The notes under the pieces: generated by a model | The model's database searches: none | Seen by the model: only the letters and a program-made list of their open reading frames with translations | What the model was told of the DNA's origin: nothing | Translations under genes and position numbers: made by a program | From: Blochmannia endosymbiont of Camponotus modoc | Lineage (GTDB): Bacteria; Pseudomonadota; Gammaproteobacteria; Enterobacterales; Enterobacteriaceae | NCBI RefSeq assembly: GCF_023585785.1 | Contig: NZ_CP097765.1 | Span: 660,001-692,000, forward strand | Direction: 5' to 3' | DNA length: 32,000 nt | Shown: in pieces, positions 11,485 through 22,787 of the stretch | Layout: each line of letters begins with the position of its first letter | How positions within the stretch are numbered: position 1 is the first letter of the stretch

Positions 11485-13599
11485 ATGACTCGTGTAACAC
11501 CGATCGTACGGTACCGTAACATTGGTATAAGCGCGCATATTGATGCTGGAAAAACTACTACCACTGAACGAATTTTGTTTTATACAGGTGTAAATCATAA
11601 AATTGGAGAAGTTCATACTGGTTCTGCGACTATGGATTGGATGGAGCAAGAACAAGAACGGGGAATCACAATTACTTCTGCAGCTACTACCTGTTTTTGG
11701 TCAGGAATGGCTAATCAATTTGATTCACACCGTATTAATATTATAGATACTCCTGGGCATGTGGATTTCACTATTGAAGTAGAACGTTCTATGCGTATAC
11801 TTGACGGGGTAGTAATGATCTATTGTGCTGTAGGAGGCGTGCAACCTCAATCTGAGACAGTATGGCGCCAAGCAAATAAGTATAAAGTACCACGTATTGC
11901 ATTTATAAATAAAATGGATCGAGTAGGCGCAGATTATCTACGAGTTGTAGAACAGTTAAAAACCAGATTATTTGCTAATCCTGTACCTATTCAATTAGCT
12001 GTAGGCTCAGAAGATAAATTTACCGGAATTATCGATTTGATCAAGATGAAAGCTATTCACTGGAACGAATCGGATCAAGGCGTTACTTTTAATTATAGTG
12101 AAATACCTGACAATTTAACGGAATTGTCAAGTATTTGGCGCAAACATTTAGTAGAGTCTGCTGTTGAAGCATCTGAAGAATTAATGGATAGATATTTATC
12201 TAATAGTGATCAGTTGACAGAACAAGACATTAAACAAGCGTTGCGTCAAAGAGTATTAAGTAATGAAATAGTATTGGTAACGTGCGGATCCGCTTTTAAA
12301 AATAAAGGGGTGCAAGCTATGCTGGATGCTGTTGTGGAGTATTTACCATCTCCAAGTGATGTAACATCCATCACAGGCGTTCTGAAAGATGGATCTACGA
12401 AAGTTAATCGTCATGCTAATGACAACGAGCCGTTTTCAGCGTTAGCATTTAAAATAGCTACTGATCCATTTGTAGGAAACTTAACTTTTTTTCGAGTTTA
12501 TTCAGGCGTTGTAAGCTCCGGAGATAGTGTTTTAAATCCTATAAAAGAAAAACGTGAGCGATTCGGTCGAATAGTGCAAATGCATGCAAATAAACGGGAA
12601 GAAATAAAATCTGTTCATGCGGGTGATATTGCTGCAGCTATTGGTTTAAAAGATGTGGATACTGGAGATACTTTATGTGCCCCATCTTCCCCAATTATAC
12701 TAGAACGTATGGAATTTCCAGAACCCGTGATTTCTGTGATGGTTGAAGCTAAAACTAAATCAGATCAAGAAAAAATGAGTTTTGCTTTAAATCGTCTAGC
12801 TCAAGAAGATCCATCGTTTCGTGTATGGATTGATAAAGACTCTGGACAAACTATCATTGCCGGGATGGGTGAATTGCATTTAGAAATCCTTGTAGAACGT
12901 ATGAAAAGAGAGTTCAATGTTGAAGCTAATGTAGGTAAACCTCAAGTTGCTTATCGCGAAACTATTCGTACTAGCGTAAAACAAGAGGGTAAATTTATTC
13001 GTCAATCAGGGGGACGAGGTCAATTCGGACACGTTTGGTTACGCATTGAACCTATGCATGCATGTGAAGAAGGTTATAAATTTTTAAATGAAATTGTAGG
13101 AGGAGCTGTACCTAAGGAATATATACCTGCTGTAGATAAAGGTGTACGGGAACAAATAAGTAATGGTATTCTTGCTGGATATCCAATTGTAGATGTTTGT
13201 GTAGCTATTTTTGATGGTTCTTATCACGAGGTTGATTCTTCAGAAATAGCATTTAAAATAGCAGGATCTATAGCATTTAAAGAAGGATTCATGAAAGCTC
13301 ATCCTGTATTATTAGAACCTATTATGAATGTAGAAATTGAAACACCTGAAGATTATATGGGAGATGTTATTGCAGATTTAAATCGTCGAAGAGGCATAAT
13401 CAGTGGATTAGAAAATTCTACAATTAGTGGAAAGATAATTTGTGCTCAAGTTCCTTTATCTGAAATGTTTGGTTATGCTACTGGTTTACGCTCACAAACT
13501 CAAGGACGCGCTTCTTATTCTATGGAGTTTTTAAAATATAACGAAGTACCTAACAATATAGCACAAATTATCATAAATTCTCGTCAAATTAAGCAATAA
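11485..13599 (+). CDS. fusA: Elongation factor G; start revised from 11473 to 11485
   Basis: [47 protein letters not shown]; GAGG Shine-Dalgarno just upstream of ATG 11485. Confidence 0.97.
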   Translation: MTRVTPIVRYRNIGISAHIDAGKTTTTERILFYTGVNHKIGEVHTGSATMDWMEQEQERGITITSAATTCFWSGMANQFDSHRINIIDTPGHVDFTIEVERSMRILDGVVMIYCAVGGVQPQSETVWRQANKYKVPRIAFINKMDRVGADYLRVVEQLKTRLFANPVPIQLAVGSEDKFTGIIDLIKMKAIHWNESDQGVTFNYSEIPDNLTELSSIWRKHLVESAVEASEELMDRYLSNSDQLTEQDIKQALRQRVLSNEIVLVTCGSAFKNKGVQAMLDAVVEYLPSPSDVTSITGVLKDGSTKVNRHANDNEPFSALAFKIATDPFVGNLTFFRVYSGVVSSGDSVLNPIKEKRERFGRIVQMHANKREEIKSVHAGDIAAAIGLKDVDTGDTLCAPSSPIILERMEFPEPVISVMVEAKTKSDQEKMSFALNRLAQEDPSFRVWIDKDSGQTIIAGMGELHLEILVERMKREFNVEANVGKPQVAYRETIRTSVKQEGKFIRQSGGRGQFGHVWLRIEPMHACEEGYKFLNEIVGGAVPKEYIPAVDKGVREQISNGILAGYPIVDVCVAIFDGSYHEVDSSEIAFKIAGSIAFKEGFMKAHPVLLEPIMNVEIETPEDYMGDVIADLNRRRGIISGLENSTISGKIICAQVPLSEMFGYATGLRSQTQGRASYSMEFLKYNEVPNNIAQIIINSRQIKQ

Positions 13600-13660
13600 T
13601 AGATAATATTTAGGTTCAATTATTTTTGAAAAACCATAAAAAGACCTAAGGAGTTTAGAG

Positions 13661-14845
13661 GTGTCCAAAGAAAAATTTAAACGCATAAAGCCACATATTA
13701 ATGTAGGCACTATTGGCCATGTAGATCACGGGAAAACTACTTTAACTGCCGCTATAACCACTGTTTTATCTAAAAAATATGGTGGCTATGCACGTGCTTT
13801 TGATCAAATTGACAATGCTCCAGAAGAAAAAGCGCGAGGAATTACTATAAATACTTCTCATGTTGAATACGATACTGCATATCGGCATTATGCGCATGTT
13901 GACTGTCCTGGACATGCCGATTATATAAAAAACATGATAACTGGAGCTGCACAAATGGATGGCGCAATTTTAGTAGTAGCCGCCACTGATGGACCTATGC
14001 CGCAAACCCGTGAACATATTTTATTAGCTAGACAGGTAGGAGTACCTCACATCATTGTATTCATGAATAAATGCGACATGGTAAATGATGAAGAATTATT
14101 AGAATTGGTTGAAATGGAAATGCGAGAATTACTATCTCAATATGATTTTCCAGGAGACAATACGCCAATCATTCGCGGATCTGCTTTAAAAGCATTAGAA
14201 AATGATGAAATATGGTCTAATAAAATTTTAGAACTATCGGATGTACTGGATAATTATATCCCAGAACCTAAACGTGTTGTAGACCAACCATTTTTACTAC
14301 CCATTGAAGATGTATTTTCTATTTCTGGACGAGGTACAGTTGTAACAGGTCGTATTGAACGTGGTGTTATCAGAGTAGGAGAAGAAATAGAAATTGTCGG
14401 TATAAAAGATACAATAAAAACCACATGTACCGGAGTAGAAATGTTTAGGAAATTATTAGACGAAGGACGTGCTGGAGAAAATGTTGGTGTTTTATTACGT
14501 GGCACTAAACGAGATGAAGTAGAGCGTGGTCAAGTGTTATCTAAACCTGGATATATCAAGCCGCATTCTCACTTCGAATCAGAAGTGTACATTTTAAATA
14601 AAGATGAAGGAGGAAGACATACGCCTTTTTTCAAAGGGTATCGTCCTCAATTTTATTTTCGTACTACAGATATCACTGGCACCATTGAATTACCAGAAGG
14701 AGTGGACATGGTGATGCCTGGCGATAATATTAGAATGATCGTTCATTTAATTGCTCCAATAGCTATGGATGACGGTCTTAGATTTGCTATTAGAGAGGGT
14801 GGTCGTACTATAGGCGCTGGTATTGTATCTAAAATTATATCCTAA
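13661..14845 (+). CDS. tuf: Elongation factor Tu (only tuf in the window; GTG start)
   Basis: [64 protein letters not shown]; AAGGAG upstream of GTG. Confidence 0.98.
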   Translation: MSKEKFKRIKPHINVGTIGHVDHGKTTLTAAITTVLSKKYGGYARAFDQIDNAPEEKARGITINTSHVEYDTAYRHYAHVDCPGHADYIKNMITGAAQMDGAILVVAATDGPMPQTREHILLARQVGVPHIIVFMNKCDMVNDEELLELVEMEMRELLSQYDFPGDNTPIIRGSALKALENDEIWSNKILELSDVLDNYIPEPKRVVDQPFLLPIEDVFSISGRGTVVTGRIERGVIRVGEEIEIVGIKDTIKTTCTGVEMFRKLLDEGRAGENVGVLLRGTKRDEVERGQVLSKPGYIKPHSHFESEVYILNKDEGGRHTPFFKGYRPQFYFRTTDITGTIELPEGVDMVMPGDNIRMIVHLIAPIAMDDGLRFAIREGGRTIGAGIVSKIIS

Positions 14846-14919
14846 TTATATAAATCAATAAATATAATTCTGTAATTATATAATAGGTATGTTATATAAT
14901 AATATAGTAGTGTGTTGAT

Positions 14920-15294
14920 ATGTATGTAAAGAATAAAAGTAAAAAAATGTATGTATTAGAAATAATTAAATGGATTAGCATTATAGGATTGATCGCAACA
15001 TCTATTGTTGGAAATTACTTATGTCGCAATTATAGCGCTTTAGAGAGAAGTATGGTGATCCTCATTATTGTGATCATTGTCGTGTACATTGCATCAACTA
15101 CTAAAATAGGAAAACTAATAATTATATTTGGAAATGAATCACGTACTGAGTGCCGAAAAGTAGTGTGGCCTACTTATCAAGATGGGCTCAACACTACTCT
15201 AATCGTGACAGGAGTAACAATAATTATGTCGTTGTTATTATGGGGATTAGATACTATTTTAGTTCATGTGATATCATTTGGGCTAAGGTTGTAA
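14920..15294 (+). CDS. secE: Preprotein translocase subunit SecE
   Basis: [42 protein letters not shown], similar to the SecE C-terminal motif; immediately upstream of nusG. Confidence 0.94.
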   Translation: MYVKNKSKKMYVLEIIKWISIIGLIATSIVGNYLCRNYSALERSMVILIIVIIVVYIASTTKIGKLIIIFGNESRTECRKVVWPTYQDGLNTTLIVTGVTIIMSLLLWGLDTILVHVISFGLRL

Positions 15295-15295
15295 T

Positions 15296-15841
15296 ATGAC
15301 TGTCACATTAAAGAAACGTTGGTATGTTATTCAAGCATTTTCTGGATTTGAGAATCGTGTAGCTCATTCTTTGCGTGAGCATATTAAACTGCACAATATG
15401 GATACGATGTTCGGTGAAATCATGGTTCCAACAGAAGAAGTAGTCGAAATGCGAGCTGGACAACGCAGAAAAAGCGAGCGTAAATTTTTTCCTGGCTATG
15501 TATTGGTGCAGATGATAATGAATGATTCTAGTTGGCATTTAGTAAAAAGTGTTCCACGTGTTATGGGTTTTGTTGGAGGAACATGCGATAAACCTGCTCC
15601 TATTGGGGATAAAGAGGTTGATAATATTATGCATCGATTGCAGCAAATAGGCGATAAACCTCGTCCTAAAACATTATTTGAACCTGGTGAGCTTATTCGA
15701 GTTAGTGATGGGCCTTTTTCTGACTTTAATGCTGTAGTAGAAGAAGTAGATTATGAAAAAAATCGTCTAAAAGTATCAGTTTCTATTTTTGGGCGAGCCA
15801 CTCCAGTAGAATTAGATTTTTCACAAGTTGAAAAATCTTAA
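15296..15841 (+). CDS. nusG: Transcription termination/antitermination protein NusG
   Basis: [53 protein letters not shown] motif [22 protein letters not shown]. Confidence 0.97.
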   Translation: MTVTLKKRWYVIQAFSGFENRVAHSLREHIKLHNMDTMFGEIMVPTEEVVEMRAGQRRKSERKFFPGYVLVQMIMNDSSWHLVKSVPRVMGFVGGTCDKPAPIGDKEVDNIMHRLQQIGDKPRPKTLFEPGELIRVSDGPFSDFNAVVEEVDYEKNRLKVSVSIFGRATPVELDFSQVEKS

Positions 15842-15975
15842 TGTAAAATTAGTATATAAAAATATATATTTAACTTGCACGGAAAAAGGTAATCATTATT
15901 TTGTGGGTATTGTTAGTGTGTAACCAATCAAAATAAAAATCAGAAATATTATTGGCTAGGACAATGGATATGGTA

Positions 15976-16404
15976 ATGAAAAAAGTAAAAGCGTATATTA
16001 AACTTCAAATTTCTGCTGGAGCTGCTAATCCCAGTCCTCCCATTGGACCTGCTTTGGGACAACAGGGCGTTAATATCATAGAATTTTGTAAAGCATTTAA
16101 TGAAAATACCGCGCAACTTGAAACAGGATTACCCATCCCGGTTGTCATTACTGTTTATAGTGATCGTTCTTTTTCATTTATTACTAAAACTCCTCCTGCT
16201 TCAATATTATTGAAAAGAGCAGCAAATATTCAATCTGGATCTGAAAAACCAAATATAATAAATGTTGGTAAAATATCAAGCGCTCAAATTTATGAGATCG
16301 CAAAAATTAAAGCTGTTGATATGACAGGAGCTAATATAGAATCAATATCACGTTCTATCATAGGTACAGCTCGTTCTATAGGACTCGAAGTGGAAGATAA
16401 TTAA
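15976..16404 (+). CDS. rplK: 50S ribosomal protein L11; start uncertain (ATG 15964, 15970 or 15976; the track's 15952 is a TTG)
   Basis: [42 protein letters not shown]; the conserved L11 N-terminus aligns from 15976. Confidence 0.95.
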   Translation: MKKVKAYIKLQISAGAANPSPPIGPALGQQGVNIIEFCKAFNENTAQLETGLPIPVVITVYSDRSFSFITKTPPASILLKRAANIQSGSEKPNIINVGKISSAQIYEIAKIKAVDMTGANIESISRSIIGTARSIGLEVEDN

Positions 16405-16405
16405 T

Positions 16406-17113
16406 ATGACGGGTAAATTAAGCAAAAGAATGCGTATGATGCGAAATTGCGCAGATACATCTATACAATATTCCATATTAGATGGATTAGAATTATTAAA
16501 AAAAATGGCAAGAGTTAAATTTGTTGAAAGTGTTGATACCGCTATTAATTTAGGCATTGATGCGCGTAAATCCGATCAAAATATACGTAGTAATGTGATT
16601 CTACCTCATGGTATTGGTCGTGATATTCATGTTGCTGTTTTTGCTCAAGGCGACAATATAGTGTTAGCTAAAAATGCGGGAGCTGATCTAGTTGGATTAG
16701 AAGATTTATATGATCAAATAAAAAATAAGAATTATCGACCAGATGTGGTGATTGCATCTCCTGATGTTATGAATATAGTAAGTAAATTAGGTCCTATTTT
16801 GGGGCCAAGAGGATTAATGCCTAATCTTAAAATGGGTACTGTATCTCATGATATAGCAGAATCAGTTAAAAATGTTAAATTAGGGCAAATACGTTATAAA
16901 AATGATAAGAACGGTATTATTCATTCTACTATTGGAAAAATTAATTTTGATCTCATACAACTTAAAGAAAATTTAGAAACGTTAATAGTATCTTTAAAAC
17001 AAGCTAAACCGATTCTATATAAAGGAACATACATTAAAAAAGTAACTATTTCCACTACTATGGGTAGATCTATATCTATTGATCGAAATAGTTTATGTGT
17101 TGCAATTAATTAA
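16406..17113 (+). CDS. rplA: 50S ribosomal protein L1
   Basis: [64 protein letters not shown]. Confidence 0.97.
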   Translation: MTGKLSKRMRMMRNCADTSIQYSILDGLELLKKMARVKFVESVDTAINLGIDARKSDQNIRSNVILPHGIGRDIHVAVFAQGDNIVLAKNAGADLVGLEDLYDQIKNKNYRPDVVIASPDVMNIVSKLGPILGPRGLMPNLKMGTVSHDIAESVKNVKLGQIRYKNDKNGIIHSTIGKINFDLIQLKENLETLIVSLKQAKPILYKGTYIKKVTISTTMGRSISIDRNSLCVAIN

Positions 17114-17463
17114 TATTGATTATTTTTATTAATAAGATTCTTTACATGATCTTCAAATTGATCTAGAATCTTCTTGGAATGGTGTGTTCGTTGTATTTAT
17201 ATAAATGCATATCGACATAAATTTGTGATTTTTGAGTAAAATAAAAATAATAACCGCATTTATACACATGTATGCAGTTGTTAATTATAACGAATTTAAA
17301 TTAATTTATGTTTGTTGTCTATCTAATGAATACAGGCGGTTAAAAATTAATTAAAACTTTTAATATATTTAACATGACTGAATTAATTTATGATTATGTA
17401 TAGAAGTTTATGATTGATGCATTCGTGTATCAATATATATTGGGTTATAGCACGGTGTTATTA

Positions 17464-17961
17464 ATGGCATTAAACCTTCAAAAAAAAGAAGAGATTATCT
17501 GTAAAATTCATGAAACGGCTAAAAAAGCTTTATCTGTTGTGGTAGCGGATTTAGACGGTATTGCTGTTAATGAAGTAACTAAGTTGAGAAAGGAAGCACG
17601 TGATATTGGTGTATGCGTACATGTCATTCGCAATACACTCATGCGAAAAGTGATTGAAAACACATCTTTAGCGTGTTTACGAGAGATTTTAACAGGACAA
17701 AATATTATTGCATTTTCTATGAATCAACCTCGTGATTCTGCGCGAATTTTTGTAAAATTTACTAAAAACCATGAGCATTTTAAAATAAAAGGTGCAGTTT
17801 TTGAAGGAAAATTTATTCCTGCGTCTAAAATAAATCTCTTGTCTGATTTACCTAATCATAAAGAAGCTATTTTTAGATTAATAACGATTATGAAAACAAG
17901 TAGCATCGGCAGTTTAATACACATTTTACATATATTATCTAATCAAAAAAATAAATTATAG
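17464..17961 (+). CDS. rplJ: 50S ribosomal protein L10; start revised from 17410 to 17464
   Basis: MALNLQKKEEIICKIHETAKKALSVVVADLDGIAV...RNTLMRKVIE; matches the E. coli L10 N-terminus MALNLQDK. Confidence 0.94.
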   Translation: MALNLQKKEEIICKIHETAKKALSVVVADLDGIAVNEVTKLRKEARDIGVCVHVIRNTLMRKVIENTSLACLREILTGQNIIAFSMNQPRDSARIFVKFTKNHEHFKIKGAVFEGKFIPASKINLLSDLPNHKEAIFRLITIMKTSSIGSLIHILHILSNQKNKL

Positions 17962-18047
17962 TTTAGTAAACATGTTGTAGATGTTTTGAATAAATAGTCA
18001 TTTGATTATGTAATATTTTTTAATATTTTATATTTTTGGAAATTTTT

Positions 18048-18416
18048 ATGTCTCTTACAAAAGAACAAATTTTAGATGCTATTTCCAATATGTCTGTTAT
18101 GGATATAGTTCGGTTAACTTCTATGATGGAAGAAAAATTTGGAGTTTCCGCTGCTTCACTGACTACTGTTGAACCTGATACATCAGAGGCAATCGTAGAA
18201 GAGCAAACTGAATTTAATGTTTTTTTAACTGCTATTGGTAATAACAAAATTCCTGTCATTAAAACTGTGCGCAGTATCACTGGTCTAGGGTTAAAAGAAG
18301 CTAAAGAATTAGTGGAGTCTGCTCCTGTCATTTTGAAAGAATCAATAAACAAAGATGATGCTGAAACCTTAAAAAAAACTCTAGAAACAGTAGGCGCATC
18401 TGTCGAAATTAAATGA
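18048..18416 (+). CDS. rplL: 50S ribosomal protein L7/L12; start revised from 18036 to 18048
   Basis: [21 protein letters not shown]...EEKFGVSAA...[26 protein letters not shown]. Confidence 0.96.
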   Translation: MSLTKEQILDAISNMSVMDIVRLTSMMEEKFGVSAASLTTVEPDTSEAIVEEQTEFNVFLTAIGNNKIPVIKTVRSITGLGLKEAKELVESAPVILKESINKDDAETLKKTLETVGASVEIK

Positions 18417-18672
18417 AGACAAATCAAACGATTTATTATTGATTCGTTGGCTGTAGGATTTTATACCATTTATATGGAAGTGATATTTAATATTTAATAA
18501 GTAATAGAATTATGGTACTTATAAATTCTATATGTATAAAAAAAATAAAAGCATATAAATACTATATGTGTTTAAGTCTAAAAATAAATATAGAAATTTA
18601 TAACTATATTATATAGCAGCTAACTTATTTCTTTGGAAAAACAATCGCCCATATTAACTATCGAGGAACTTT

Positions 18673-21600
18673 ATGGTGTATTCTTATACTGAAAAGAAAC
18701 GTATTCGTAAAGACTTTGGAAAACGCCCTCAAGTTTTGGATATTCCATATCTTCTTTCTATTCAGATTGATTCTTTTCAAAAATTTATTAAACAAGATCC
18801 AGAAGGACAATGTGGATTGGAATCAGCTTTTAGGTCTGTTTTTCCAATTAAAAGCTATAATGGAAATGCTGAACTACAATATATCAAATATCAATTAGGA
18901 GAACCAACGTTTGATGTGAAAGAATGTCAAACACGTGGCGCTACTTTTTCTGCGCCGTTACGCGTACGTCTATGTTTAATTATTTATGAACGAGAGGGAT
19001 TAAATAACATAATAAAAAATACTAAAGAACAAGAAGTATATATGGGTGAGATTCCTCTCATGACTAATAACGGTACTTTTATTATCAATGGTATTGAACG
19101 GGTTATTGTATCTCAATTGCATAGAAGTCCCGGTGTGTTTTTTGATAGCGATAAAGGTAAAACACATTCATCTGGAAAAGTATTATATAATGCACGTATT
19201 ATTCCATATCGTGGATCTTGGTTAGATTTTGAATTCGATTTAAAAGATAATTTATTTGTTCGAATTGATCGGAGACGTAAGTTACCAGTAACAGTAATAT
19301 TACGTGCTTTAAATTATACTACCGATCAAATTTTAAATATATTTTTTAACAAAGTAATATACGAAATTCAGAATAATATATTATATATGCATTTAATCCC
19401 TGAAAGATTACGCGGTGAAACCGCATCTTTTGATATTGCTATTAATGGTGTGATATACGTAAAAAAGGGACGTCGTATTGCAGCTAAACACATCCGTCAA
19501 TTAAAAAAGGATAAAATTTCAAAAATTGAAGTACCCATGGATTATATAATTGGTAAAGTTGTTATAAAAGACTATTTCGATAAGAGTACAAATATACCTA
19601 TTGTTGCAGCTAATACAGAAATATCTTCTGACATATTGCATAATTTAATTCGATCAGGATATGAATCCATAGAAACATTATTCAGTAACGATTTAGATTA
19701 CGGTAATTATATCTCCGAAACTTTGCGTATTGATTCAACTACAAATAAATTTGATGCATTAGTAGAAATTTATCGTGTAATGCGTCCAGGGGAACCCCCG
19801 ACTAAAGAAGCTGCCGAATATTTGTTTGAAAACTTATTTTTTTCAGAAGAACGTTATGACTTATCTTCTGTAGGAAGAATGAAATTCAATCGTTCATTAC
19901 AACGAGTACAAATAGAAGATTTAGGGACATTAAAAAAGGATGATATTGTTGATGTAATAAAAAAATTGATTGATATTAGAAACGGTAAAGGAGAAGTAGA
20001 TGATATCGATCATTTGGGGAATCGACGTATTCGTTCTGTAGGTGAAATGGCAGAAAATCAATTTAGAATTGGATTAGTTAGAGTAGAACGCGCTGTGAAA
20101 GAACGCTTATCTTTAGGTGATTTAGACGTGTTAACCCCTCAGGACCTAATTAATGCTAAACCAATCTCAGCTGCAGTAAGAGAATTTTTTACTTCTAGCC
20201 AATTATCTCAATTTATGGATCAAAATAATCCATTATCAGAAATTACTCATAAACGTCGCATATCTGCTTTAGGACCAGGAGGTTTAACTAGAGAACGCGC
20301 GGGATTTGAAGTACGTGATGTCCATCCTACACATTATGGTCGAGTCTGCCCAATCGAAACTCCAGAAGGACCAAATATAGGTTTAATTAATTCATTATCT
20401 GTATATGCTCGAGCTAATAAGTACGGATTTTTAGAAACTCCATATCGAAAAGTCCAAAATGGCGTTGTTAGTAATGATATTCACTACTTATCTGCAATTG
20501 AAGAGGGTGATTTCGTTATTGCTCAAGCGAATACAAACTTAAATTCAACAGGAGAATTTATTGATGATCTGGTAACTTGCAGAAATAAAGGTGAATCTGG
20601 TCTTTTTAAAAAAGACCAAGTTGATTACATGGATGTATCTACACAACAAATAGTTTCAGTTGCTGCTTCATTAATCCCTTTTCTTGAACACGATGATGCT
20701 AATCGTGCTCTTATGGGTGCAAACATGCAACGCCAAGCCGTTCCTGTTTTATGTAGTGAAAAACCATTAGTAGGTACTGGAATGGAACGCGCAGTAGCTA
20801 TAGATTCTGGTGTTGCCGTAGTAGCTAAACGCGGTGGTGTCGTTAAATATGTGGATGCATCACGTATTGTAATACATGTTAACGAGAATGAAACACATAC
20901 TGAAGAATCAGGAATTGATATCTATCAATTAACAAAATATATTCGATCTAACCAAAATACTTGCATTAATCAACGTCCTTGTGTGTCTTTAGGAGAACTA
21001 GTAGAACATGGAGATGTTATAGCAGATGGTCCATCTACTGATTTAGGAGAATTAGCTTTAGGTCAAAATATGCGAATTGCATTTATGCCTTGGAATGGAT
21101 ATAATTTTGAAGATTCGATGTTGGTCTCGGAACGTGTAGTACAAGAAGATAAATTTACAAGTATACATATTCAAGAGTTAACTTGTGTATCTCGTGATAC
21201 TAAATTAGGACCTGAAGAAATCACGGCCGATATTCCAAATGTAGGAGAGACAGCTTTATCTAAATTAGATGAATCTGGAATTATCTATATCGGCGCAGAA
21301 GTAATAGGAGGAGATATCCTCGTCGGAAAAGTTACACCCAAAGGAGAAACTCAGTTAACACCGGAAGAAAAATTATTGCGTGCTATTTTTGGTGAAAAAG
21401 CATCCGATGTAAAAGATTCATCTTTACGTGTTCCCAATGGGGTTTGTGGTACTGTAATTGATGTACAAATATTTACTAGAGACGGTATTAATAAAGATAA
21501 ACGTTCATTAATAATTGAATCCGAAAAATTAAAACAGGTTAAAAAAGATTTAAGTGAAGAATTACAAATTTTTGAATCAGCTTTATTTGACCGTGTCTAC

Positions 21601-22698
21601 GATGTATTAATGGCCAGTGGAATTGATAAAAAGAAATTGTTTGAAACTAGTCGCAATGCTTGGTTAGATCTGGTGTTATCAGATCCAGAAAAACAATATC
21701 AATTATCTCAATTAACTAAACAATATTTTGATTTAAAACGCATGTTTGAAAAAAAATTAGAAGTTCAACATCGTAAAATCACTCAAGGAGATGAATTAGC
21801 CCCCGGTATTTTAAAAATAGTTAAAGTATATTTAGCTGTAAAACGTCAGATACAACCTGGCGACAAAATGGCAGGAAGACATGGCAATAAAGGGGTAATC
21901 TCTAAAATTAACCCTATTGAAGATATGCCATATGATCAGCATGGAATACCGGTAGATATCGTACTCAATCCTCTTGGAGTACCATCTCGAATGAATATTG
22001 GTCAAATTTTAGAAACACATCTTGGTATGGCGGCAAAAGGTATTGGAGATAAAATAAACTTTATGTTGCAACAACATAAAGAAGCAAATCAATTAAGAAG
22101 ATTTATGCAGCAAGCGTATAATTTAGGAGAAGGATCGCGTCAACACGTCAATCTTAATTTATTTTCAGATCTAGAAATATTAAAATTAGCTAAAAATTTA
22201 AAAAAAGGAATGCCTATTGCTACTCCAGTATTCGATGGGGCTACAGAAAAAGAAATTAAAGATCTTTTAAAATTATCTGGATTACCTAGTTCTGGTCAGA
22301 TTACATTATTCGATGGGTGCACAGGAGAAGCATTCGAGAGACAAGTTACTGTGGGCTATATGTACATGTTAAAACTAAATCATTTGGTAGACGATAAAAT
22401 GCATGCACGTTCTACTGGTTCTTATAGTTTAGTAACCCAACAACCACTGGGCGGGAAAGCTCAGTTTGGGGGTCAACGTTTCGGTGAAATGGAAGTATGG
22501 GCATTAGAAGCTTATGGTGCATCGTATACTTTACAAGAAATGTTAACTGTAAAATCAGATGATGTAAATGGACGTACTAAAATGTATAAAAATATTGTTG
22601 ATGGCAATCATACGATGGAACCGGGAATGCCTGAGTCTTTTAATGTTTTGTTAAAAGAAATTCGTTCTTTAGCAATTAATATTGAACTAGAAGATTAA
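18673..22698 (+). CDS. rpoB: RNA polymerase beta subunit
   Basis: [31 protein letters not shown]; [50 protein letters not shown]; intact 1341 aa. Confidence 0.99.
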   Translation: MVYSYTEKKRIRKDFGKRPQVLDIPYLLSIQIDSFQKFIKQDPEGQCGLESAFRSVFPIKSYNGNAELQYIKYQLGEPTFDVKECQTRGATFSAPLRVRLCLIIYEREGLNNIIKNTKEQEVYMGEIPLMTNNGTFIINGIERVIVSQLHRSPGVFFDSDKGKTHSSGKVLYNARIIPYRGSWLDFEFDLKDNLFVRIDRRRKLPVTVILRALNYTTDQILNIFFNKVIYEIQNNILYMHLIPERLRGETASFDIAINGVIYVKKGRRIAAKHIRQLKKDKISKIEVPMDYIIGKVVIKDYFDKSTNIPIVAANTEISSDILHNLIRSGYESIETLFSNDLDYGNYISETLRIDSTTNKFDALVEIYRVMRPGEPPTKEAAEYLFENLFFSEERYDLSSVGRMKFNRSLQRVQIEDLGTLKKDDIVDVIKKLIDIRNGKGEVDDIDHLGNRRIRSVGEMAENQFRIGLVRVERAVKERLSLGDLDVLTPQDLINAKPISAAVREFFTSSQLSQFMDQNNPLSEITHKRRISALGPGGLTRERAGFEVRDVHPTHYGRVCPIETPEGPNIGLINSLSVYARANKYGFLETPYRKVQNGVVSNDIHYLSAIEEGDFVIAQANTNLNSTGEFIDDLVTCRNKGESGLFKKDQVDYMDVSTQQIVSVAASLIPFLEHDDANRALMGANMQRQAVPVLCSEKPLVGTGMERAVAIDSGVAVVAKRGGVVKYVDASRIVIHVNENETHTEESGIDIYQLTKYIRSNQNTCINQRPCVSLGELVEHGDVIADGPSTDLGELALGQNMRIAFMPWNGYNFEDSMLVSERVVQEDKFTSIHIQELTCVSRDTKLGPEEITADIPNVGETALSKLDESGIIYIGAEVIGGDILVGKVTPKGETQLTPEEKLLRAIFGEKASDVKDSSLRVPNGVCGTVIDVQIFTRDGINKDKRSLIIESEKLKQVKKDLSEELQIFESALFDRVYDVLMASGIDKKKLFETSRNAWLDLVLSDPEKQYQLSQLTKQYFDLKRMFEKKLEVQHRKITQGDELAPGILKIVKVYLAVKRQIQPGDKMAGRHGNKGVISKINPIEDMPYDQHGIPVDIVLNPLGVPSRMNIGQILETHLGMAAKGIGDKINFMLQQHKEANQLRRFMQQAYNLGEGSRQHVNLNLFSDLEILKLAKNLKKGMPIATPVFDGATEKEIKDLLKLSGLPSSGQITLFDGCTGEAFERQVTVGYMYMLKLNHLVDDKMHARSTGSYSLVTQQPLGGKAQFGGQRFGEMEVWALEAYGASYTLQEMLTVKSDDVNGRTKMYKNIVDGNHTMEPGMPESFNVLLKEIRSLAINIELED

Positions 22699-22787
22699 TA
22701 TTTTAATTAATTTCTATATAGAAATATTTTGTAAAGCATATAGTACTTATGCGTTCAAAAAGTATAACTTTTAATAAAGGCTCATCT

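Noticed and set aside
13766-14505. Minus-strand ORFs inside tuf
   Set aside because: Antisense shadows of tuf.
15308-15538. 76 aa minus-strand ORF inside nusG
   Set aside because: Antisense to conserved nusG; no support.
16348-16557. 69 aa minus-strand ORF across the rplK-rplA junction
   Set aside because: Antisense to two conserved ribosomal protein genes; no support.
18020-18427. 135 aa antisense ORF covering rplL
   Set aside because: Mirror of the Ala/Glu/Lys-rich rplL codons; length explained by sense-strand constraint.
18716-18898. 60 aa antisense ORF in the rpoB 5' end
   Set aside because: Antisense shadow of rpoB.
22711-22724. TTTCTATATAGAAA palindrome between rpoB and rpoC
   Set aside because: Short AT-rich palindrome without a usable loop or T-tract; expected by chance at this composition.
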